A stretch of DNA of 64,000 bases. Origin: Cyanophyceae cyanobacterium. Its GTDB lineage: Bacteria; Cyanobacteriota; Cyanobacteriia; Cyanobacteriales; Laspinemataceae. The position numbers and the translations under genes are program-made. Shown here piece by piece: positions 40,560-51,183 of the stretch (its first letter is position 1; every line of letters begins with the position of its first letter). The DNA is taken from NCBI GenBank assembly GCA_038321985.1, contig JBBQFN010000008.1:96001-160000 (forward strand). Reading direction: 5' to 3'. Below the pieces are notes generated by a model, which saw only the letters and a list, made by a program, of their open reading frames with translations, was not told where the DNA came from and did not search any database.

Positions 40560-40583
40560 TTATTCAACTCGTGAGTTGAATAA
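40560..40583. promoter_or_regulatory. 24-bp near-perfect palindrome between the methyltransferase and slt
   Basis: ttattcaactc-gt-gagttgaataa. Confidence 0.4.
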
Positions 40584-40624
40584 TTCCGGGCTGTTAGCGG
40601 AAGTAGTAGAGGCACTCGCCTCTA

Positions 40625-41746
40625 CTACTTCCGCCGACACAGAACCCAGCGTAACTCAACTGGAGGAGTAGCCGCAAACGGAAAAATATTCCGCCCGGTT
40701 GCCCAACTGATAAACCATCCGGTTGGGGGCCATGCTTCCGAGGGCAGATGATTTTTCTCATATTCATAGACGGACTCTTCCGCCATAACTTCCAGAGGCA
40801 GTCCTGCCATCGCCACCTTGAGTTCGTCGCGGGTGAGCAGGTAAGACCAGACTACTTCCCCCATTTGTCGTACGGTTTCATCGGGTTCATACCCCTCAAT
40901 GGGCAGAAATAGGTTAAACAGTAGCAATCCACCGCTTTGTAACCCTGCACAGAGTTTGGCGAGGAGGATGCGAACTTGATTAATATTGCGAAAGTGGGAA
41001 ATGACTTCGGAAACAACCGCTAACTTATAGTAACTGAGGGGTAAGTTGAGGTTCGGGTCCAGAATATTCCCTTGAAAGATTCGCACAGGTAAGCCTTCAT
41101 TCTCGGCGGTGGCTAAAAGTTGCTTGGCGAATACGGAGGTGAGTTCTACGGCATCGACGGGATGGCCCTGTCTGGCTAGGGGAAAGCTATTACGCCCTGT
41201 CCCTGCACCCACATCGAGAATAGGCGAGAGTTCCTTGTTACTGAACGTTGCGGCCACATCGATAATTTTCGCGTCGGGATGGGGGCCAAATAAAGGACCG
41301 CTGCGATGTTTCACCCACCCATCATATTTTTCTTCTAGGGATGAGGTGTGGATATTTGCGGTGATTTTTAACCCACTGGTCAAGCCTTCGGTAGGACTCG
41401 GGGGGCTAAATTTGATACTCAGACGAGCGTGGGGAGAAGCGCGAAAACCCTCCGCTAGATGGTTGGCTAAAGAGGTCTTCAAGGACTGAAGTTGTTGATC
41501 GCTCAGGTTTTGCCCCAGCCCTTTCATCACCCCGACCACCAAATTCATGTGTTCGTTGAGCATAGCGGGGACACAGGGCATCACCACTTCTCCCATTGCC
41601 CCAGTTAGGGTTTTTAACTTGTGTCGCAGGGCCTGCGCTAACAGGTCCGGATCCCGCACAGGTTCAGTGGGGGATAGGGACATTGAGGGCGGATTCGTTT
41701 GTGTCGATAACGGTTCTGCACTCTGTTTAGAGGCTTCGGAAACCAC
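40625..41746 (-). CDS. Class I SAM-dependent methyltransferase with uncharacterised N-terminal domain
   Basis: ILDVGAGTGRN...VDAVE SAM-binding motifs. Confidence 0.85.
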   Translation of the reverse strand: MVSEASKQSAEPLSTQTNPPSMSLSPTEPVRDPDLLAQALRHKLKTLTGAMGEVVMPCVPAMLNEHMNLVVGVMKGLGQNLSDQQLQSLKTSLANHLAEGFRASPHARLSIKFSPPSPTEGLTSGLKITANIHTSSLEEKYDGWVKHRSGPLFGPHPDAKIIDVAATFSNKELSPILDVGAGTGRNSFPLARQGHPVDAVELTSVFAKQLLATAENEGLPVRIFQGNILDPNLNLPLSYYKLAVVSEVISHFRNINQVRILLAKLCAGLQSGGLLLFNLFLPIEGYEPDETVRQMGEVVWSYLLTRDELKVAMAGLPLEVMAEESVYEYEKNHLPSEAWPPTGWFISWATGRNIFPFAATPPVELRWVLCRRK

Positions 41747-42163
41747 AGCTCATGCTCCTAGTTTACGGTCCAAAAATCAAACTTCAATGACAGCGTACTA
41801 TCGGTAATATATAGCTCGTCTTGCAGCAATTGGATCATTTCTGTAAGGAGCTTCTTCTTCCGGGGTTGAATGCTTCCGGATAGCTTAAATGATTTATAGG
41901 GTCCTAATTATAGATGCAAATTTAATATGGATATCATACCACAGCCCCGGGATCGGATTGGCTGGCGATCGCCGCCCCGGTTTGAGGGTGCTTTTAATTT
42001 GAGGGTAAGAACGCTTGCATGGGTTAAAAGGGATGGCGAATTCCCTTTCCCTCGGGCTGTTTTTTCTGCCCTGCGGCACCTTGGCTGATCCGGGTGTGGA
42101 AAGGTCTGTCAATCTCGATCCATACTGGTAGTGTTGCTTCGTATTAGATAATCAGGACTAGGA

Positions 42164-43642
42164 ATGGAATTTCAAGGAACAGAGACGCCACGTTTGGAAT
42201 GGTCTGGAGACGCTTTAGCGATTGGGGTATTTGAAGAGGCGACGGAGATAACTGGGGAGTTAGGCCAACTTAATGACAAGCTAGGCGGCACGATCGCAGA
42301 ACTGATCACCGAGACGGAGTTTAAGGGCAAGGACAATAGTAGTGCGGTGACTCGCGTCGGAGGTGGAAATGCCATCCGCAAAATTATTTTGGTGGGTTTA
42401 GGCAAGTCGGACGCCCTGAGTGTCGATAGCGTCAGACGCGCCGCAGGGACTGCGGCACGAGTGGCGAATAAAGAAAAGTGTAAAACCCTCGGGATAGATC
42501 TCCCGTTGTGGAATAATGACCCGGATACCACTGCCCAGGCGGTGGCTGAAGGTATGGAATTAGCGATGTTTAAGGATGTACGCTTTAAGTCAGATCCAGA
42601 AGAAACTGGAACTGTCTTAGAACGAGTGGAGTTGCTCGGTTTAGGCGATCGCCAAGGTGCCATTACCCGAGGTTTACAAATTTCGAGTGGGGTGAATTTA
42701 GCGCGGGAGTTGGTAGCGGCCCCCTCAAATATTGTCACCCCCATGTCAATGGCTGAAACAGCCCAGGAATTGGCTGCTGAATATGGTTTCGACCTGGAAA
42801 TCCTGGAACAGGAGGACTGTGAAAAGCTGGGAATGGGTGCATTCCTCGGGGTGGCGCAAGCGTCGGAAATGCCCCCGAAATTTATCCATTTGACCTACAA
42901 ACCCCAAGGGACTCCTCGGCGCAAATTGGCGATCGTCGGTAAGGGTTTGACCTTTGACTCGGGGGGGCTGAATATTAAGCCCACCGGAAGTGGCATCGAA
43001 ACGATGAAGGTAGATATGGGGGGTTCGGCAGCGACGTTTGGTGCAGCTAAGGCGATCGGTCAATTAAAACCCGATGTCGAGGTTCACTTTATCGCGGCAG
43101 TAACTGAAAATATGATTAGTGGTCGGGCGATGCACCCGGGAGATATTCTCACTGCCTCTAATGGTAAAACTATTGAGGTGAATAATACGGATGCAGAAGG
43201 CCGGTTAACCCTGGCAGATGCCTTGGTGTTTACAGAAAAACTAGGGGTAGATGCGATCGTGGATTTAGCCACCCTCACGGGAGCTTGTGTGATTGCCCTA
43301 GGCAATGATATTGCCGGATTGTGGAGTACGGATGATGGGTTAGCCACTCAGTTGTTAGAAGCCTCCAAAACTGCCGGAGAAAAGTTCTGGCAACTGCCCA
43401 TGGAAGAGTCTTATTTCGAGGGTTTGAAGTCTCTGCACGCGGATATGAAAAACACAGGGCCGCGTCCCGGTGGCTCCATTACCGCTGCACTCTTCCTCAA
43501 ACAATTTGTGGAAAAAACGCCCTGGGCGCATTTAGATATTGCAGGGCCGGTTTGGATGGATAAAGATAAGGGGTATAACAGTGCCGGGGCCACAGGTTTC
43601 GGGGTCCGTACTCTGGTGAATTGGGTATTGTCTCCGGTTTAA
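42164..43642 (+). CDS. pepA: Leucyl aminopeptidase (M17)
   Basis: [35 protein letters not shown] and WAHLDIAG motifs. Confidence 0.97.
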   Translation: MEFQGTETPRLEWSGDALAIGVFEEATEITGELGQLNDKLGGTIAELITETEFKGKDNSSAVTRVGGGNAIRKIILVGLGKSDALSVDSVRRAAGTAARVANKEKCKTLGIDLPLWNNDPDTTAQAVAEGMELAMFKDVRFKSDPEETGTVLERVELLGLGDRQGAITRGLQISSGVNLARELVAAPSNIVTPMSMAETAQELAAEYGFDLEILEQEDCEKLGMGAFLGVAQASEMPPKFIHLTYKPQGTPRRKLAIVGKGLTFDSGGLNIKPTGSGIETMKVDMGGSAATFGAAKAIGQLKPDVEVHFIAAVTENMISGRAMHPGDILTASNGKTIEVNNTDAEGRLTLADALVFTEKLGVDAIVDLATLTGACVIALGNDIAGLWSTDDGLATQLLEASKTAGEKFWQLPMEESYFEGLKSLHADMKNTGPRPGGSITAALFLKQFVEKTPWAHLDIAGPVWMDKDKGYNSAGATGFGVRTLVNWVLSPV

Positions 43643-43698
43643 TCTGTTTCCATCTAACGGGGTTAAAAATTTTGGACTGTTAGTGCCTCAAACTCTTC

Positions 43699-43724
43699 TA
43701 GAGACGCGAAATTTCGCGTCTCTA
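43699..43724. repeat. Perfect 26-bp palindrome, cyanobacterial (G)TAGAGACG-type REP
   Basis: tagagacgcgaaa|tttcgcgtctcta downstream of pepA. Confidence 0.65.
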
Positions 43725-44574
43725 TCTCATCAGTCCGGCCTGAGAATCCCTTGATCATTAGAAGAGTGTCACAAGATTGTTAGAGGTTGGATGGGCGATC
43801 GCCCCGGTTATAACTGTTATAAATTTTTCTGACTATCCGAACCCCCTTCACTCCATATCCGGTTGTTAAAAAGTCGCTTTTCTCACCCCAAAAGTTGAAG
43901 CAGGTTCTAGCCCTAACGCCTCTGGGCTACGAAGGGTGTTTCTGTAGCCGCCCCGGATTAAGTGTGGGTTTTTTCTCTTTGAGACAGCGGTATTTAAAAA
44001 AATTCACTCATTGCTCCTTCCGCCCTTAAGGAATATCTCTCAAGTTAGAGACTTGGCTCGGTTCAGGAAATTTTTCTATAACTTTAGATAGACCTTCCTC
44101 TAATCAATATAGCTCAAGGAGTTGCCCAGTTGGGAATATCAGGAAGGTTTGCAGCTATTTAGTGATTATTGAAGATGGGTATAATTGATAAAAAATCTTC
44201 TCTCTAAAGGTAGTTATTATTGAAAATAAAATTATTTTTTTAATAAAGATAATATAAAGTTTTAAAGAATTTTCTCCGATAAAAGTTATTTCTTTAAAAA
44301 ATGATTTAAAGTGGCCTTGGTTAGTGCCTTTTTTGACAAGAACGGAAATAAGCATATTTTTTTGAATCCAAGATTGTTGACGGCAGCTTCAATAAAATTG
44401 TTGCTGAATCAAGCGCATGATTTGTTGGATTTGAGAAAGTGATATCCCTGTGGTTTAGAAAAAAAGGGATAGCCATCTATCTCTATACCCCCTCTACTCA
44501 CTTGCTATATCTCTAAAAATTGATTGGCACACAATCTATTCAACTACTGATAACATTTGAAACCCAGAGGTCCT

Positions 44575-46332
44575 ATGAATTCTAGTAAAACATTCTGGCT
44601 TTTTAGCCTGGTGGGGTTGACGCTCAGTTCGTTTTCCCAAGCCACAGCTAGTCCAGTCCATGCGGCTTTGACAACATCTAATCTACCGGAGCAGGAAAAT
44701 CCTTTAACAACCCGCTTTGATCGCCTCACTCGGGGAATTAATTTAAGCCACTGGTTTGCTCAAAGTGAGACTTACAATCCGATTCACATGGAAACATTTA
44801 TTACGGATGATGATTTGGATGTGTTGGACAACTTAGGATTTGAACACGTTCGGCTTCCCGTCGATCCATCGCTCCTGATTGATTTGAACAATTCCCAATC
44901 TCTAAATACAGAATATTTGGGGTACTTAGATTTAGCGCTTGATCGCATTCTGGAGAGAGATTTAGCCGTCATCGTAGATCTACAAGCCAACGATGATTTC
45001 AAACATTCTTTGGCTACGGATGATGATTTTGTGGATACATTTACACAATTCGCCGGCGCATTAGCACAGCATATAAGTGTTCGTAATCCCGAACTCGTAT
45101 TTTTAGAAGTGCTCAACGAACCCTCTTTTAACTTCTTTGCAGGGGAAGCTACCGATCCCGTACAACGATGGGATTGGGTTCAAAAGGAGATTTTAGGTGC
45201 ATTCCGTTCCGGCGCTCCCGAGCATACGGCGATCGCAACCGGCCATGATTGGAGCAGTATCGACGGATTACGACAGATCACTCCGGTTGCCGATCCGAAT
45301 GTCGTCTATAATTTCCATTTTTACGAACCGATGACATTTACTCATCAAGGTGCAGACTGGATAGACGAGCACTTTAAGCTGATCTGGAATCTGCCCTATC
45401 CTTATAATCCAGTCGAATGTGATGCCGTGATTTTCCAGATGACTGACGAAACCTTGCGGAACGTGGCACAGTCCTATTGCGATGAGCAGTGGAATGCAGA
45501 TCGGATCAAAGCCCGGATTGGGCTGGCTGCGGCATGGGCGGCAGAACATAACGTCCATCTGACAGCTAATGAGTTCGGCGTTTATCGAAATTTGGTGCAG
45601 GAGGAAGATCGCGCCGCGTGGATTTCTGACGTGCGATCGACTCTGGAGGAATATGATATTGGATGGGCCATGTGGGACTATACAGGCGGCTTTGGCTTAT
45701 TTGACAAGGTGAATGAAGAACGCATTCTCAATCAGAGTATGGTAGAAGCTCTAGGACTCACGATGTTAGAGGCGGATTTAGTCACAAAAGAGCAGGTTGA
45801 GGGAGAAGAAGAGGCAATTCTCGATCCGATTGTGATTCCTCCAGTAGAGACTGAGGAACCTGAACTCGTAGCAATTTTAAATCCGATTGTGATTCCTTCA
45901 GTAGAGACGGAGGAACCTGAACTCGTAGCAATTTTAAATCCGATTGTGATTCCTTCAGTAGAGACGGAGGAACCTGAACCCGTAGCAATTTTAAATCCGG
46001 TGGTTACTCCTCCAGTAGAGACGGAGGAACCTGAACCCGTGGCAATTTTAAATCCGGTTGTGATTCCTCCAGTAGAGACGGAGGAACCTGAACCCGTAGC
46101 AATTTTAAATCCGATTGTGATTCCTGCGGTAGAGACTGAGGAACCTGAACCCGTGGTAATTTTAAATCCGATTGTGATTCCTGCGGTAGAGACTGAGGAA
46201 GTGGAAACTCCTCGCCAGATTCCGGAATCTTCTGCGATCGCCGGATTAATCCTGTTTGGTGTTGCGGGTCTGGGGGCGAAATCCCGCTACCGCCGAGAAT
46301 TACAGGGAATGACACCGACCGATCGCTTTTAA
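44575..46332 (+). CDS. Secreted glycoside hydrolase family 5 (cellulase-like) with acidic/Pro repeat stalk and PEP-CTERM-like anchor
   Basis: Signal peptide; RGINLSHWFAQ, HVRLP, EVLNEP (acid/base), FHFYEP..FTHQGA, NEFG (nucleophile), WAMWDY; C-terminal IPESS + TM + basic tail. Confidence 0.9.
   Translation: MNSSKTFWLFSLVGLTLSSFSQATASPVHAALTTSNLPEQENPLTTRFDRLTRGINLSHWFAQSETYNPIHMETFITDDDLDVLDNLGFEHVRLPVDPSLLIDLNNSQSLNTEYLGYLDLALDRILERDLAVIVDLQANDDFKHSLATDDDFVDTFTQFAGALAQHISVRNPELVFLEVLNEPSFNFFAGEATDPVQRWDWVQKEILGAFRSGAPEHTAIATGHDWSSIDGLRQITPVADPNVVYNFHFYEPMTFTHQGADWIDEHFKLIWNLPYPYNPVECDAVIFQMTDETLRNVAQSYCDEQWNADRIKARIGLAAAWAAEHNVHLTANEFGVYRNLVQEEDRAAWISDVRSTLEEYDIGWAMWDYTGGFGLFDKVNEERILNQSMVEALGLTMLEADLVTKEQVEGEEEAILDPIVIPPVETEEPELVAILNPIVIPSVETEEPELVAILNPIVIPSVETEEPEPVAILNPVVTPPVETEEPEPVAILNPVVIPPVETEEPEPVAILNPIVIPAVETEEPEPVVILNPIVIPAVETEEVETPRQIPESSAIAGLILFGVAGLGAKSRYRRELQGMTPTDRF
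45811..46209 (+). repeat. Coding tandem repeat, about 7 x 57 bp (19 aa, VAILNPIVIPxVETEEPEP)
   Basis: Directly visible in both DNA and protein. Confidence 0.95.
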
Positions 46333-46358
46333 TATAAAAGAGGTCAAAAAAATAGGAA

Positions 46359-46380
46359 AGGGTGGGCTTTTGCCCACCCT
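46359..46380. terminator. Hairpin between the convergent GH5 and SLH genes
   Basis: agggtgggc-tttt-gcccaccct with an A-rich 5' flank. Confidence 0.5.
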
Positions 46381-46458
46381 CAAAGGAGTTAGAAGAAGTT
46401 AAAGGAGCGAATGAAGACCGGGGTGGAATGAATTTCTCCACCCTTGGAACTAAACCTC

Positions 46459-48513
46459 TTAAACAGAGAGGATATATTTCGACTCGATCGCCGCCATTTT
46501 ATCAGCGTTAACTAAGGCTTGATAGATCATCACGGCGACTTCGGCACGGGTAGCATCGCGAGTGGGTTCGAGTTTTTCGACGCTGGGATAAGTGACAATC
46601 AATTCTTTCAAGAGGGCAGTTGCCACTTCCTCTTTAGCGTAGTCGGGAATACTGGCGCGATCGGTGAATTTAGTTAAGCTCTCTTGATTACCCCCAGATA
46701 AACCCAGTCCATTGACGAGAGACACAATCACTTGTGCTCGTTGGACATTTTCGTTAGGCTTAAAGGTGTTATCGGGGAAACCGGAGATAAATTGGCTCTT
46801 GTAGGCAGTTTGAACCGCGACGTAGCCCCAGAAATCTTCGGCAACATCTTTAAAAGTGGCCGCCTCACGTTTAGCTGTGGGATTTAAGGCTTTCGTGAGC
46901 AAAGCTGCATACTGGGCGCGGGTCATTTTGTCATCAGGCTTAAAGGTGCCGTCGGGATAGCCGCCGACTGCTCCTTGATTATATAAGCCGAGAATGAACT
47001 GTTCAGCCCAGTGACCCGAAATATCGCTCAAGGGCTTGGGTTTGACATCGGAGGCGACGACGATGTGAGATGAAGTGATGGCGGTGGCCAGTCCTTTGAC
47101 GACTAAGCCTTGGTAAATAATAGCCGCGACTTCAGCCCGAGTGATTTCCCGCATCGGATTAAGTTCTTTGACGTTAGGATAGTTAACCACCATCCGTTTT
47201 TCCGTTGCGATCGCCACGGCATCAGTGGCGTAGCTGGGGATTTGAGCGCGATCGGTGTAATATCCGAGGGTTGTGGCGTCGCCGTCACGCAGTTTCAAAC
47301 CGCTCGCTAAAGAGACCACCGCCTGTACCCGGGTCAAGTTGTCATTGGGGCGGAAGGTAACGTCGGGGAATCCGGCAATAAAGCCCATGCGGTTAGCTTT
47401 GACGATCGCATCTTTGCCCCAGAAATCACTCGGGACATCAGAGAAGGTGGTCGTTGTGCTACTGAGGGTTTCATTAAAGGCTTTCGCCACGATCGCTGCA
47501 TATTGAGCGCGAGTCAGCTTTTCTTCAGGCTTAAATGTGCCATCGGGGAACCCGGCAATCAACCCTTTTTGTACCATTGCCGTGATAAAGGGTGCAGCCC
47601 AGTGTCCGGCAACATCCTTTAAGCTGGTCGGATCAGGAACCGGAACACTGCTGGTAACAAACTGGATATCACCTTTGACCGTAGTCGCGCTGAGGTCATT
47701 GCCAATACTGAGAATTGTATTGGAACTGGCATTTTGAACGTTGTAGACCGCGTTTTCTTTAATCGTGTTACCGGCAGGGTCTGCGCTAGTCCCTAGGTCC
47801 ACTTTGGCATTATTCGTAACGGTGATGCCATCTTGCTCGTTCTTTTCAATGATGTTGTTGCGAAGAACGGGGCTAGCGTCACCATTGATCACCAAACCTG
47901 TGCGATTTTCTAGAATGTGGTTATCTTTGAGCAAAGGAGCCGACTTGTAGCCGATCGCCAACCCGTAGCCGGTCTTTTGAAAAACGTTTCCTAGCACATC
48001 GCCTTTGGCATTATCCACAAAGGACATCCCGTTACCGATATTCTCGGAAAAGATGTTATTTAAAATCGTCGGTTTACCAGTGCCGCTCACAAAGACGCCT
48101 TCACGACCGGACTTAGATAAGGTGCTATTGGCGACGGTAGCAGCGACAGAATGGACCCAGACCCCGGTCCCTGAATTATTGGGGTTAGTCACGGTGACCC
48201 CGCGCAATTCAGCCCCTTCTTCCAAATAAACCGTCATATTTTGGTCCCCCAACATCCCCACACTCTTTTTACCACCACCTTGGATCGTGATGGTTTTGCC
48301 TTTGGTGGGTTCGTCACCGATGATTTTCACTCCGGCTTTGACCACTAAAGGGAATGTTTCCCCTGATGTAGCGCTATAAGAACCATTTGCCAATTTGATC
48401 ATCGTGCCGGAAGTCGATTTAGCTAATGCTGCGGCGAGGGTTTTAAAAGGCGCAGTTTGGCTACCGGCAGCAGAATCTAAACCGTTGGTAGGATCGACGT
48501 AAAATGTAGCCAT
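46459..48513 (-). CDS. DUF1565 beta-helix protein with two blocks of S-layer homology (SLH) repeats
   Basis: FYVDPTNG.D...GSQTAPFKTL..AL, GETFPL; repeated DV.GHWA / GFPDGTFKP / TRAQ motifs. Confidence 0.9.
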   Translation of the reverse strand: MATFYVDPTNGLDSAAGSQTAPFKTLAAALAKSTSGTMIKLANGSYSATSGETFPLVVKAGVKIIGDEPTKGKTITIQGGGKKSVGMLGDQNMTVYLEEGAELRGVTVTNPNNSGTGVWVHSVAATVANSTLSKSGREGVFVSGTGKPTILNNIFSENIGNGMSFVDNAKGDVLGNVFQKTGYGLAIGYKSAPLLKDNHILENRTGLVINGDASPVLRNNIIEKNEQDGITVTNNAKVDLGTSADPAGNTIKENAVYNVQNASSNTILSIGNDLSATTVKGDIQFVTSSVPVPDPTSLKDVAGHWAAPFITAMVQKGLIAGFPDGTFKPEEKLTRAQYAAIVAKAFNETLSSTTTTFSDVPSDFWGKDAIVKANRMGFIAGFPDVTFRPNDNLTRVQAVVSLASGLKLRDGDATTLGYYTDRAQIPSYATDAVAIATEKRMVVNYPNVKELNPMREITRAEVAAIIYQGLVVKGLATAITSSHIVVASDVKPKPLSDISGHWAEQFILGLYNQGAVGGYPDGTFKPDDKMTRAQYAALLTKALNPTAKREAATFKDVAEDFWGYVAVQTAYKSQFISGFPDNTFKPNENVQRAQVIVSLVNGLGLSGGNQESLTKFTDRASIPDYAKEEVATALLKELIVTYPSVEKLEPTRDATRAEVAVMIYQALVNADKMAAIESKYILSV

Positions 48514-49104
48514 AATAAATGAAAGTTCCTGAGTATTTGCTGGTAAAAACCGGGTAACACCAGGGGAAATGGGTAGGAGGATTTTTGGGCATTAGATAGA
48601 GGTGATCTGGGGGAGTTGATAGCGCACCCAGATAGCGATCGCACCATTTGCCGGAAAGGGTGGTGGGTGATGAAGCCCAACCCCGTCACATCGTCCCTGG
48701 TCGTCCGATTATGTTTACACTGTACGAAGGGAATTCTTGACAATTGGTAGAGGAACGGTCACAAGTGGAACTGGCACAATTTTGGCGATCGCCTCGTGCA
48801 AAGGTCAATCAGGTTTTTTTGTTCGGGGATATGACACTCATCGCACTGTCACCAGAACAAGCTATTCTAAAGGGTAACTTTCTGTGGGTTGGCCCCGGGG
48901 TCGGTCACAAATCCACCCAACCGCGATGGGTTAGCACCCCAGGGGAATCAGCTTTAGGTCCTCTCTAGCGGATTACAACCCCGAGGGATGGGGGATTGAG
49001 GTCAAATGTATGGATCCCTTAAGGTGCCGCCGGGTTGTCACCGCTTCGTAATATCTTGTCTATTATTAAACATTGGTTAGAAAAAACGCGCACAATATCC
49101 GTCC

Positions 49105-50202
49105 ATGATTGAAGTTGAGCATCTGAGCAAAATTTATGGCTCTACACCCGCCATTCACGATGTCACCTTTACGGTGGAGCCTGGGGAAATTTTAGGATTT
49201 CTAGGTCCTAATGGTGCAGGCAAAACCACAACGATGCGGATTTTGGCGGGGTATTTACCAGCCAATAGCGGCACTGCAAAGGTGGCAGGTTACGAAGTCC
49301 ATGAAGATTCGATGGCGGTGCGGCAACGGATTGGTTATCTGCCGGAGTCGCCTCCTCTGTATCCTGATATGACGGTGGAGGGATTTCTGCATTTTGTGGC
49401 ACGCCTGAAACAAGTCCGCGCAGGCGATCGCCCCAACCGGGTAAATTGGGCGCTCAAGCGTTGCAATCTGGAAGAAAAACGCTCGGTTCTGATTCGCAAA
49501 CTGTCCAAGGGGTTCCGGCAGCGGGTCGGGATCGCCCAGGCGATCGTCCATGACCCCCCGGTGATTATTTTAGATGAACCGACGGTGGGGTTGGATCCGC
49601 GTCAAATTATTGAGGTGCGTAATCTGATTAAAAGTTTGGCGGGAGACCATACGATTATTTTGTCTACCCATATTTTGCCGGAAGTCAGCATGACCTGTAA
49701 CCGAGTGGCGATTATAAATCGGGGTCAAGTGGTGGCGACGGGTTCCCCAGAGGAGTTGATGGTGCAACTGACTGGGGGTGCATCCTATGAACTGGAAGGG
49801 GAGATGGCAGACCCTCGGGCGGAGTCGGAGGATCCAATGCAATTGCTCAACAGTTTAGAAGAATTGCCGGGAGTGCGATCCGCCGAATGGGTATCCGATG
49901 AGAAGTTACTCAGCGATCGCCGCAAGATTCGGGCGATCGCCGAACCGGGTATAGAACCCGGTCCTGAAATCATTTCTCAGTTGGTGAAAACCGGATTTCG
50001 CGTTCATGAAATGCGGCGCACCCAAGCGAGTCTTGAAGATCTGTTTCTGCAACTGACAACGGAAGAAACTATTCCCGAGTCGGATTTGTTGCTTCCTAGT
50101 GCATCCTTTTCCGAGGGAAACCTTGAAGATGCGATCGCGGATGCTGAGGTGATTGAAGAAGGAGAAGAAAAAGCAGAAAAAGAGGAAGGAGTAAACAATT
50201 AA
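49105..50202 (+). CDS. ABC transporter ATP-binding protein (GldA-like)
   Basis: GPNGAGKTT, LSKGFRQR, ILDEPT, STH. Confidence 0.93.
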   Translation: MIEVEHLSKIYGSTPAIHDVTFTVEPGEILGFLGPNGAGKTTTMRILAGYLPANSGTAKVAGYEVHEDSMAVRQRIGYLPESPPLYPDMTVEGFLHFVARLKQVRAGDRPNRVNWALKRCNLEEKRSVLIRKLSKGFRQRVGIAQAIVHDPPVIILDEPTVGLDPRQIIEVRNLIKSLAGDHTIILSTHILPEVSMTCNRVAIINRGQVVATGSPEELMVQLTGGASYELEGEMADPRAESEDPMQLLNSLEELPGVRSAEWVSDEKLLSDRRKIRAIAEPGIEPGPEIISQLVKTGFRVHEMRRTQASLEDLFLQLTTEETIPESDLLLPSASFSEGNLEDAIADAEVIEEGEEKAEKEEGVNN

Positions 50203-51015
50203 ATGGGAACAATTCTTGCCAATATTTTGGCTATTTATCGCAAGGAGCTACAGGGCTATTTCACCTCCCCTTTATCTTATTTAATTGCGGGATTTTTTTG
50301 GTTTATTTCGGGTTTGTTTTTGGTGGCTATGTTACTAGGAGACGAGGGATTAATTCAACAAGTCGCTATGATGGATTCCCAAGGGCAACAAATGGGAATT
50401 CCGGTTCCGCCCTTCGATGTCCCCTACCAATTTTTACAACAATTTTTACAAACTATCGGGTCCCTCTCTTTATTCATCCTGCCGATGTTATCCATGGGAC
50501 TCTATGCGGATGAACGCAAACGCGGGACCCTAGAATTGTTAGCCACTTCTCCAATCACAAACTGGGTTGTGGCAACAGGCAAACTCCTCGGGGTCGTGAC
50601 GTTTTATACAACGATGATTCTGCCTTTACTGGTCCTGGAAATGATTGCTATAAATGCGGCTACTCCGCCGATGCCCGTGGCGGTCCCTTTACTGGCCCAT
50701 TTTGGATTGATTTTGTTGGCTACTGCCGTGCTTTCTTTGGGAATGTTTATTTCTTCTTTAACCGATAGTACAATTTTGGCGGCGATTCTGACCTTTGTAG
50801 TGGTGCTGTTTCTCTGGGCGATCGATGTGGTGGCCCAAGGAATTGGCGGGCCAGTGGGGAATGTTTTAGAGCATTTATCTATCCTTAAACATTACACGAA
50901 CCTGATTCGCGGCACTTTAGATACAAGTAGTGTAATTTTATTGGTCAGTTATGGGATTTTGGGAATTTTTCTCACCGCTCAATCTATTGATGCTTTGCGC
51001 TTCCAGCGGAGTTGA
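50203..51015 (+). CDS. ABC-2 permease (GldF-like)
   Basis: RKEL.GYF.SP..Y, ADERKRGTLELLATSP; multiple TM helices. Confidence 0.9.
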   Translation: MGTILANILAIYRKELQGYFTSPLSYLIAGFFWFISGLFLVAMLLGDEGLIQQVAMMDSQGQQMGIPVPPFDVPYQFLQQFLQTIGSLSLFILPMLSMGLYADERKRGTLELLATSPITNWVVATGKLLGVVTFYTTMILPLLVLEMIAINAATPPMPVAVPLLAHFGLILLATAVLSLGMFISSLTDSTILAAILTFVVVLFLWAIDVVAQGIGGPVGNVLEHLSILKHYTNLIRGTLDTSSVILLVSYGILGIFLTAQSIDALRFQRS

Positions 51016-51183
51016 GCTATTAGATGGCATGAATCAGAGTCGGTTGATTACTTCCTAGATTTTCTCCTATTTTGGAGAGGCAAATTATAGAAATTGGGAT
51101 AGCAATAACCGGCCCTTTCTTGAACACCGGAGAACGAGAAAAAAACTCCCCTTCCCACCAAAGTTTATTGTTTCTGATAACTC

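Noticed and set aside
45811..46209. Regular direct repeats as a possible CRISPR array
   Set aside because: Units are contiguous, in-frame 57-bp coding repeats with no unique spacers, and there are no cas genes nearby.
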